Under the pieces are notes generated by a model, which saw only the letters and a program-made list of their open reading frames with translations, did no database searches and was not told where the DNA came from. DNA of 64,000 nt, from the NCBI GenBank assembly GCA_049890095.1, contig JBMHCD010000010.1:48881-112880 (forward strand). Direction: 5' to 3'. The DNA is from Flavobacteriales bacterium (GTDB lineage Bacteria; Bacteroidota; Bacteroidia; Flavobacteriales; UBA7312). Numbering within the stretch: the stretch's first letter is position 1; each line of letters starts with the position of its first letter. Of the stretch, positions 41,201-48,683 are shown piece by piece. Position numbers and translations under genes: made by a program.

Positions 41201-44200
41201 TATTGCTTTATCCGATACTATATATAATTCGACTGTAGTTTATGATAGTCTTCAACAAGGAGAAGTTATAGTTACAGTAATTGATAGCTTTGGTTGCGAG
41301 AGTGAAACATCAATTACAATTACAGAACCAGACTTGTTTGTTGTTGACACTTTAATGATTTCTAATATTGAATGTAATGATCTTTATGGTTCCGTTTCTT
41401 TTTTGAATTTTGGAGGTGTTCCAGCTTATTCTTATTCATTAAATGGAGAAAATGTTTCTGTTAGCTCTTTTCCTGATTCAACAGTTTTAATAGATGAGCT
41501 GGAAGATGATAATTATGAATTGATTATAAGTGACGAAAACGGATGTGCAGATACTTCTTATTTTGCCATATTAGAGATTCCGTATTCTTTAGCCATGTCC
41601 ATAACAAATGCTACTGATACCATAAATTGTTATGGAGATGATTCAGGAGAAATAAATGTTCAAGTAACAGGCGGAGTAGCTCCTTATTTTTACAGTTTAA
41701 GTTTGGATGGACAAGAAATAGTAAGTGATACTAGTTCAGGTAATTTTGAAAACTTGATTGCAGGATCGTATAGTGTTACGGTTTTTGATACTTCCGAATG
41801 TTTTGTTATTCAGGATACTATAATTTATCAACGGGAACAACTAATTACAAGTGAAGAACATGATAATGTTAGCTGTAATGGTTTTAGTGATGGCTTTTTT
41901 GAATTATTAATTGAGGGAGGAAGTCAACCTTATTTTGCATTAAATAATCAAACAGGACTTGTATTAGATTCTACGGACTATTTTAACCTTTCATCTCAGT
42001 TAATAGATTTAACTATCTATGATTTTTTTGGATGTTCAGATAGTATAGAAATCAATATTACTGAACCTGATACTTTTTTCATTAGTGAGTTTTTGACAAA
42101 AGATATCTTTTGTGAGGATACAGTTAGTTTATTTAGCTTCGAACAAAACGGTGGTATTTTTCCTTTTGTTTATGAAATTAATGGCCAGCTTGAAACACCT
42201 ATTATTGATGGATCAACCTTTGAATTTGAAAATTTTGATCAAGGAAATTACTTTTTGACAATTTCTGATAGTAGCCAGTGTACGGACACTGTCTCTTTTT
42301 CTATTACAGATTACAGAATTAGCTACGACTTATTATTGTCTTCAACACCTGACACAATTTTATGTTTTGGAGATTCAACAGGAGTTATAGAAGTAAATGC
42401 AACTGGAGGAATGCCACCTTACCAATATTCATTAGTTTTTGATTCGGATACATTAATTACTCAGCAAACTACTATTTTTAGCAATTTACCTGCTGGAGAT
42501 TATGAAATTATTTCTGTTGATTCTAACCAATGTATAGAAACATTATTAGTTAGTTTATATCAAAATACAGAGGTAATAGTTAGTGACAGCATTTCTTTAC
42601 ATAAAGATTTGAGTTGTTTTGGAATCAATGACGGCTCATTTACTTTAAGTGTTAATGGAGGGGTACCATCTTACACTATTAACATGGTAGATTCTGTAAC
42701 TTTTTCACATCCACATTCTTACAATAATTTAGCTGCTGGGATGTATGATTTAATTATTTCTGATAATGTTGGTTGTCAGAAAGAAATTGAAATTACAATT
42801 GAAGAACCTGACTCATTATATTTTGAAAGCTTCCAAATACAAGATGTTTTATGTTTTGGTGATTCTAGTGGAGAATTGAATTATACTGTTTCAGGAGGGA
42901 CTGCTCCATATTATTATATGTTAGATTCTGATAGCTTGAAGTCATTAAATCAATTATATCAAGGAGATTTTACTATTGAAATTGTTGACATAAATGGTTG
43001 TAGTATAGATAGTATATTTTCTGTTACACAACCACAAGCTTTAACTTTAGTTGTAGTTGATTCATTATCTAATAATATTTCATGTGTTGGGGGTCAAAAT
43101 GGATTAATTAGACTTTCAGCATCTGGTGGAACATTACCATATTCCTATCAATTAGAAAATGGAAATTTACAAAATCAGAATTTCTTTAATAATTTATCTT
43201 CTGGTAATTATACTTTAAGCGTAGTGGACTCAAATAATTGCTCTTTTGATGTTACATATTCACTAGCTGAGCCAAGTCAACCATTTTATATTTCTAATTA
43301 TACTTTGTCAGATACTTTAGGATACTGTGTTTTATGTTACGGCGATACACTTGGTTCAATAAATTTAGAAATAAGTGGAGGAACTGGAAATTCGTTTGAT
43401 TTTTATACTCTTTCTGAACCAAATCAACCCTCTGGTAATATTTTTACTAATTTGATTGGTGGTACAGTTTATGAGTTTTATTCAATTGATTCATTAGGAT
43501 GCAGTTCAGACACGATAAGTGTAAATTGTAATTCTACTGCACTAATTGAATTAAACGTATTAAACATTGTTGATCCTATTTGTTGTTACTCTTGTGATGG
43601 AGAAGCAACCATTTTAGCAAGTGGAGGAACACAACCTTATAAATATTCATTTAATGGTGGGGATTTTCAAACTTCAAATTACAATAACACAATTTGCCCG
43701 AATTATAATGAAATTATTGTGCGAGATTTTAATCAGTGTACTTATTTTGATTCAATTCTTGTTGAAGTAGAAAATTGTTTGATGATTGATACTGTAAACT
43801 ACACAAATGGATCAGAACCTGCTGTATTAGATTATGATTCTTGTAAAACAGAAAATTCTGCTTCTATTTTTGTAAAAGCATTTAATGGGGTAGCTCCGTA
43901 TCAAATTGCGATAGATGATCAGGAATATAGTTCTGTAGCTCAAGGTTATTTTGATCAATTAAGTTCAGGAATTCATTATTTAAAAGTAATTGATGATGTT
44001 GGATGTAAAGACAGTATGCTAGTAAATATTGCAGATCCTGATCCATTAAAAATTCAAAATTTAACAATTGACTCTTTGTTTTGTTCTTATCCATCTTTAA
44101 ATGAGATAACAAATCTATCTGAATATGGTAGTTTTACTCTTGAAATAATAGGTGGTACTCCTTCTCAATTTGGTTATCAAATGTCTATAGATCAATTAGA

Positions 44201-45278
44201 TAGTTCTTCATTTAGTTATAATAATTCGTTTTATAATTTAAGTAGTGGAATATATTCGGTTAATGTATTGGATAGTTTAAATTGTTCTTTTGAATATGAT
44301 GTAGAAGTAAATGGGTTTTACTCAAGTTTAGATTATTCTATTACTCCTATTAGCTGCACTGACTTTGATGATGGAATATTAGAAATTAATTCTTACAATG
44401 GAAATTTATCATTTACAGAGTTTGATGGTAATTTATTTACTAATTCTACAATTGAAAATATTTCATTTGGACAACATGTTTTAAGCTCTCAGTTTTTATA
44501 CCCAACTAATAATACTGAAGTTTGTATTAATTATGATACCTTATTTTTTGATCACACTGATACAATAAGCTACGATTTAACTGTAATTCCTAGTTATTGC
44601 TTTGGGGAATGTGAAGGCTCTATAACCATAAGTAATATTGATGGAGGAGTAGCTCCCTATAGCACTTTGTGTTTAAATAATGCTGATACAAGTTCAATAA
44701 TTAGCAATTTATGTGCTGATAATTATGCCATTCGAGTTACAGATTCATTAGGCTGCTACACTATTACACAAGTTGAAGTTACACAACCAAATGTTATTTA
44801 TCCTATAATAGTGCAGAATAATCAAACATTGCAAGTAATAAGTCCGACAGAAGACAACCCTAATGAAGGTGTACCTCCATTTGATTATCAATGGTATGAT
44901 GAAAATGGACTAATCGAAGGAGCTTCAGGTTCTGAGTTTACATTAGAAAAAACAGGAAGATATTATGTTGTAGTAACTGATAGTAATGATTGTCAGGGAA
45001 TTTCAGCAGAGTTTGAAGTAAGTACTATCGATATTTCAACACCAGAGACAGTAAATTACAGAGTATTCCCAAATCCTGTTTCTGATGTGTTGAACATAGA
45101 AACAGATACTTATTCCGAATTAAGTTGGTCTATTTCAGATGTTGTTGGTAATTTGATTAAAAAAGGAAAAGTTAACAAATCAACTCAAATTGATATAAAT
45201 AGACTTGCAAACGGCACTTATGTACTAACTATTTTTAATGGAAAAAAAGAGACTGATTATAAGATCATTAAGTATTGA
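38253..45278 (+). CDS. Giant T9SS type-A cargo (2341 aa) with SprB-like repeats and one FN3-like domain; probable adhesin
   Basis: Sec signal, roughly 20 repeats of C-x-G-D/N..G..GG..PY..L..G.Y....D...C, and a C-terminal domain VFPNPVSD...GTY...KIIK. Confidence 0.92.
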   Translation: MKKAYLFFIIILCSFYSLAQSCVTIQIDTLSDPYCPASFQGSLQATVSGGSGNYTYFWLDSLGNNPNGLPVNSLTLSNLNLHKYWFYVTDNVQNCTDSAFATFLDYTCINDTASVNVTTPFDFNPVNYDQFSSCQVTITNEGCEIDLKPEFTISHNLPIQQGSILIEAFNNVNSTWENLSYSIVNGQAVGYWGGSDGESLNCDQMQSKNVRVKFNQFAPVANLGEYIADLRLWKVNNNGDLLSVISEVETVSIVLQDTICNNFIFTSSITDASCFNQADGEIELNSTGGLLPIEYSLNDPNSYSSNSIFSSLAPGQYISYIKDGNDCIVSDTLMLGPPDLEPDSLWFTNINPSSAEINWNYNSLVDGYRFRYSINNASNWTVVISPGGYDDGLSNPNTSKLINGLIGDTIYEVQIKTNSLIDNCEQGWSTSFYFETPAETFVFDVDSSCTGGDNGSISLSLDAVSSGYLFNWIGPNNFSSTDTSIFDLEPGDYNLEVLNSLSVIILDTTISIGESMPEVISLSINDQSNLVVNTAGQSFVNICNSNSYLHSTDSNFTNYSWTNGFMGQNLLLDTIANGSTVQLTALDTNGCTVMSNVVNLTIVTDFVNFEIANQNQEVISSNYLFCSSDSSLVLDITDYTTGEFFIQWNEVVNSNFNLLGTEDTVELFPQGNTNYVLEIFNCSYGFSITYEESISLETQIFDNLCYGDEQGSIIVDIDSPSPEINVGTYNQSDSLVFFANSLNFIDTIGSLSSGEYTLVVTDTNVLCSYNQEFFIDQPDSLHIDSLQLSLINCSSDEYASLQFNVVGGVPPYQFTLNGQAVDIQQNPDNLSFLLDSLLPMSYTLGLLDSNNCIAQNFNFSVPALDTLQLNISNYSYVNCFGDSGFVELQANGGTMNYNFELYSQGNLLASQPQTLFDSLPSGEYMAIVTDFYNCTDTVNFAIESNDELIIEEDFQMHQNISCYGANDGSFTVDVTGGLQPYSVIALSDTIYNSTVVYDSLQQGEVIVTVIDSFGCESETSITITEPDLFVVDTLMISNIECNDLYGSVSFLNFGGVPAYSYSLNGENVSVSSFPDSTVLIDELEDDNYELIISDENGCADTSYFAILEIPYSLAMSITNATDTINCYGDDSGEINVQVTGGVAPYFYSLSLDGQEIVSDTSSGNFENLIAGSYSVTVFDTSECFVIQDTIIYQREQLITSEEHDNVSCNGFSDGFFELLIEGGSQPYFALNNQTGLVLDSTDYFNLSSQLIDLTIYDFFGCSDSIEINITEPDTFFISEFLTKDIFCEDTVSLFSFEQNGGIFPFVYEINGQLETPIIDGSTFEFENFDQGNYFLTISDSSQCTDTVSFSITDYRISYDLLLSSTPDTILCFGDSTGVIEVNATGGMPPYQYSLVFDSDTLITQQTTIFSNLPAGDYEIISVDSNQCIETLLVSLYQNTEVIVSDSISLHKDLSCFGINDGSFTLSVNGGVPSYTINMVDSVTFSHPHSYNNLAAGMYDLIISDNVGCQKEIEITIEEPDSLYFESFQIQDVLCFGDSSGELNYTVSGGTAPYYYMLDSDSLKSLNQLYQGDFTIEIVDINGCSIDSIFSVTQPQALTLVVVDSLSNNISCVGGQNGLIRLSASGGTLPYSYQLENGNLQNQNFFNNLSSGNYTLSVVDSNNCSFDVTYSLAEPSQPFYISNYTLSDTLGYCVLCYGDTLGSINLEISGGTGNSFDFYTLSEPNQPSGNIFTNLIGGTVYEFYSIDSLGCSSDTISVNCNSTALIELNVLNIVDPICCYSCDGEATILASGGTQPYKYSFNGGDFQTSNYNNTICPNYNEIIVRDFNQCTYFDSILVEVENCLMIDTVNYTNGSEPAVLDYDSCKTENSASIFVKAFNGVAPYQIAIDDQEYSSVAQGYFDQLSSGIHYLKVIDDVGCKDSMLVNIADPDPLKIQNLTIDSLFCSYPSLNEITNLSEYGSFTLEIIGGTPSQFGYQMSIDQLDSSSFSYNNSFYNLSSGIYSVNVLDSLNCSFEYDVEVNGFYSSLDYSITPISCTDFDDGILEINSYNGNLSFTEFDGNLFTNSTIENISFGQHVLSSQFLYPTNNTEVCINYDTLFFDHTDTISYDLTVIPSYCFGECEGSITISNIDGGVAPYSTLCLNNADTSSIISNLCADNYAIRVTDSLGCYTITQVEVTQPNVIYPIIVQNNQTLQVISPTEDNPNEGVPPFDYQWYDENGLIEGASGSEFTLEKTGRYYVVVTDSNDCQGISAEFEVSTIDISTPETVNYRVFPNPVSDVLNIETDTYSELSWSISDVVGNLIKKGKVNKSTQIDINRLANGTYVLTIFNGKKETDYKIIKY

Positions 45279-45333
45279 TAAGTTTTTTAAATTTTCATTA
45301 CATTCGTAAAATAATATTTAAAAATAGATATTG

Positions 45334-46944
45334 ATGAAAAAAGTTGTTAGGATTGCCCTAAGCTTGGTCTTATTTGCTTCAATTTTTAGTGTCAATTTAT
45401 ATGCTAATATAATTGATGATAAACCTAGTATAAGTATCAGTAAATATGATTTATTGTTTTTGGCGGATGCTGAAAAAGTTATGAACTTTACTAAAGTAAA
45501 GAGTCTTAATGAAAGAGCGTTAGAACAAATTAAATTAGCCGAAAAATCATACTTAGAAGGCGTAGAATTCTTAAATCAATCAAATAATGTAGAAGCTATT
45601 GCTTCATTTAAGAGTGCATATAAAAATTATAAACGTGCAAAATTGAGTCCTGATGCTTTAAATTATCCAAATTTACAACTAGCTGTTGCCTATCAATTAA
45701 GTGATGTTGAACGAGATAATAAAAAAGTAACTAGGTATTTAGATTTAGTTACAAAATCAATATATAAAGATAAAGACTGGACCTATAATATTGCAATATT
45801 ACTTTTTGAAAATAAACAAGAAGAGAAAGCAGCAGAGCTTTTGGAATCTGTTATTAAAATGGACAAGTTCTTTTTTAAAGCCTATGGAAATCTAGCTGCT
45901 GTTTATAAAAAATTAGGTGAAGATAAAAAAGCAGTCAAAGTTTTAAGTAATCTCGAATATAATCAGAATGTTTTGGCAGAAAAAAAGCGTAAAAAAGCTT
46001 TAGCTGATGCAAGAAACAAAGAAAAAGAGAAAAATTCGAAATCTGGAAAGCCGTCCGAAAAGGTACAATTACCGGAAGGTATTGCATTGGATAAGAATAG
46101 CTTGAAGGTGAAAGACGATGCTATTTCGATTTTGAAAAACGAATCGATTATAAATTTTGACGAAAGATCCAGAAAAAAACTAAAAGAGGGGCAGGAATTC
46201 TTTGATTCAGGAGCTGAAATGTTTAATAAGGGAGAATATGATTTATCTATTAAAGCATTTAAATCAGCCTTTAAGAAGTTCAAGCAGGCAAAAGCATCTG
46301 AATATACATTGAGTCTTATTAACGCAAATTTAGCAATGGCATACTTTATGAGTCCATCAGAACGAAATAATAAAAAAGCAATGCCTATAATAGATGTTTT
46401 GTCGAAACGAATTTATGATAATAGAGATTGGAATTATAATCTAGCAATTATTCATAATTACTTTGGAAATAAAGACAAAGCATTGTCATTATTAGAAAAA
46501 TGTACTGATATAGATAAATATTTCCTACTATCGTATCAAAATCAAATTGCATTACATAATGATAAACAAGACTTGAAAAAAGCAAAAAAGGTATTTAAAA
46601 CTCACGAAAAATATAAAGAAGAATTAACAGAAATTTACAAAGAATATGTTCGAACAGGCTTAAAACAAGAGGGAGTTGATCTTTCATTTCTTGAGGGTGC
46701 AATCTTTAGAGTATTTTTAGGTGTTTTTAATGAGTATAATTTACCTGTTGATATATATTTACATGATGATTTAATTATGGTCCCTCTGGGTGATGATTAC
46801 TTTAATTTTATTTCTGGTAACTTTGAAAATTTCAAAACTGCTGAAAGGTATTTAAATAAAATCTCTGAAAAAGATGATTACGTTGATTCGTTTATTATTG
46901 CTTTTAAAGATGGTGTAAGAACTGATTTTAAAATTTCTGAATAA
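45334..46944 (+). CDS. Exported TPR protein with an internal duplication and a C-terminal SPOR-like domain
   Basis: Signal peptide, two homologous helical modules 217 aa apart, C-terminal FRVFLGVF...GNF...A...YVDSFIIAFKDG. Confidence 0.75.
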   Translation: MKKVVRIALSLVLFASIFSVNLYANIIDDKPSISISKYDLLFLADAEKVMNFTKVKSLNERALEQIKLAEKSYLEGVEFLNQSNNVEAIASFKSAYKNYKRAKLSPDALNYPNLQLAVAYQLSDVERDNKKVTRYLDLVTKSIYKDKDWTYNIAILLFENKQEEKAAELLESVIKMDKFFFKAYGNLAAVYKKLGEDKKAVKVLSNLEYNQNVLAEKKRKKALADARNKEKEKNSKSGKPSEKVQLPEGIALDKNSLKVKDDAISILKNESIINFDERSRKKLKEGQEFFDSGAEMFNKGEYDLSIKAFKSAFKKFKQAKASEYTLSLINANLAMAYFMSPSERNNKKAMPIIDVLSKRIYDNRDWNYNLAIIHNYFGNKDKALSLLEKCTDIDKYFLLSYQNQIALHNDKQDLKKAKKVFKTHEKYKEELTEIYKEYVRTGLKQEGVDLSFLEGAIFRVFLGVFNEYNLPVDIYLHDDLIMVPLGDDYFNFISGNFENFKTAERYLNKISEKDDYVDSFIIAFKDGVRTDFKISE

Positions 46945-46959
46945 GAAATAAAAAAAATA

Positions 46960-46993
46960 AAAAAACCCGCTCAAAAACTTGAGCGGGTTTTTT
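46960..46993. terminator. Bidirectional intrinsic terminator between convergent genes
   Basis: A6-CCCGCTCAA-aaac-TTGAGCGGG-T6. Confidence 0.9.
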
Positions 46994-47010
46994 ATTGGAG
47001 AATATTTTTT

Positions 47011-47400
47011 TTATTGACAGTCCCAGTTTTCTGTCCAAGTATATTTAAATAATCCATTAATAGTATCACCTGTCATAAATTCGTAGTTTACAGATGAATT
47101 ATCACTATCTTTTAATTCTTGATCGCATAATTCTTGAGTAAGTATTGGAGAAAAAGAATCAGCTAATACTATAGGGTTTAATGTATCACTAGAAAAACTA
47201 TCGGTCGATCCAATTGTTCCTTGTCCAGAGTATGAATAACTTTGAGTAGAAGTAATAACATACTGATTTGTTGTTGCATCAAGTGTAAAGTATTCAATAT
47301 TTAAATTGACAGTCGTTGTGCTTTGACAATCTTTACAGTTTTGACACGACGTAAACGTTAGTGCTACTAAAAGTGTTGTTATTGTAATTAAATTTTTCAT
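47011..47400 (-). CDS. Small Cys-rich lipoprotein, unknown function
   Basis: Lipobox FTSC followed by QNCKDC, then ELC and terminal WDCQ. Confidence 0.8.
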   Translation of the reverse strand: MKNLITITTLLVALTFTSCQNCKDCQSTTTVNLNIEYFTLDATTNQYVITSTQSYSYSGQGTIGSTDSFSSDTLNPIVLADSFSPILTQELCDQELKDSDNSSVNYEFMTGDTINGLFKYTWTENWDCQ

Positions 47401-47424
47401 TGTATTTCTAATCTATTAGTTAAA

Positions 47425-48627
47425 TTAAAAGGCGTAACCTAATCTTATTTTAATTCTATATGTTTCTAATCTAGCAAAATCTGTCACACCAGTTATTGAT
47501 CTATAAAAACCTGATGTAAAGCCAAGTTCTCCTTCACTTTTTGATTTAATAATGATAGTATCGTCATTCTGATCTTTAATACCATAATAGCTATTAGCTA
47601 AATCTGATTCGATTGGTTTCCCATCAAAAGAATAAACATCGCCATATTTAGCAAATAAATACCATTCTGGTATATTATTTTGACTTGAAGCGTAGTCGTT
47701 GATATTGTCCGCTTGTTGATTTAAATTCCAAGTATCATTTCCATTAAAAACTCTTTTGCTTCTGGTAGCAATTTGATATTGTGGTCCGATTTGAACGTCG
47801 ACAGAAAACTTATCACTAATTAGCCATTGTCTACCAATTGCAAGACCAGCGCTTAAAACAACTTCATTTTGAGTAAATGAAACATCATGCCAAGTAAGAT
47901 CAAAAGCATTAGTAATTGAGTTTGTGTTATTAGGATTAGGAAATGCCACAGTAGCTGGCGATCCATAGTTAGAAGCGTTTACATCGGTCGTATTTTCTCC
48001 ACCTTCCCATGGACCAACATAGTTTCCATATACTTCAGTTGGGTCGTTATTTATTAAGTAGTTCATTGCTTGGTTTACCTCTAATGCTGTATTGTCATCA
48101 AAATTTAGTTTTGTTGACTGAAAACGAGCAAATTGAGCTAAATACCAACCTCTTGGAGGATCTCCAACTCTTTGTTTGTAGGTTTTAATATAACTTCTGT
48201 ATTCGCCCTCAAATGCAAATCCTGTAACTGCTGCAGAAACGTTTCTTTCAAATGAATGCAATGAAGGGTCATCATTTATTCTGATATCATCGTTGTCAAC
48301 ATCGCTAGTATTATAGTTTGGATGGTGATTGGTGTTAGTATCTAAAACACCAGTTAGACCTGCACCATAAACATGAGTATGAGTTTTAGTGATATAACCA
48401 AATGAAAGTTGTAATGAATGTTTGGTTAAAATATTAGGCCAACTACCTTGTTTTCTAAGGTTCCCAGATCCATTTATGGTACCAATACCTTCACTTAATG
48501 TTCTTTCGTAAGAAACTTCGTATTTACCAAATGCGGCGTCAAATCCGCTGACTTTAAGTACGCTTTCTTGTGCTTGTACAATTGTGCAAACAAAGAAAGT
48601 TGTCATAATGAGTAATAATTTTTTCAT
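47425..48627 (-). CDS. Outer-membrane beta-barrel protein (DUF3575-like) with long loop insertions
   Basis: Signal peptide, YEVSYER, GEYRSY, PRGWY, IGRQW, terminal RLGYAF. Confidence 0.7.
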   Translation of the reverse strand: MKKLLLIMTTFFVCTIVQAQESVLKVSGFDAAFGKYEVSYERTLSEGIGTINGSGNLRKQGSWPNILTKHSLQLSFGYITKTHTHVYGAGLTGVLDTNTNHHPNYNTSDVDNDDIRINDDPSLHSFERNVSAAVTGFAFEGEYRSYIKTYKQRVGDPPRGWYLAQFARFQSTKLNFDDNTALEVNQAMNYLINNDPTEVYGNYVGPWEGGENTTDVNASNYGSPATVAFPNPNNTNSITNAFDLTWHDVSFTQNEVVLSAGLAIGRQWLISDKFSVDVQIGPQYQIATRSKRVFNGNDTWNLNQQADNINDYASSQNNIPEWYLFAKYGDVYSFDGKPIESDLANSYYGIKDQNDDTIIIKSKSEGELGFTSGFYRSITGVTDFARLETYRIKIRLGYAF

Positions 48628-48664
48628 TTTAAACTAGTTGTTTAATTCAAATATTTATAATTGT

Positions 48665-48672
48665 CAAATATA
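48665..48672 (-). promoter_or_regulatory. SigmaA -7 element (TATATTTG) of the barrel/lipoprotein pair
   Basis: CAAATATA on + strand, 38 nt upstream of ATG 48627. Confidence 0.55.
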
Positions 48673-48683
48673 ACAATTTGAGT

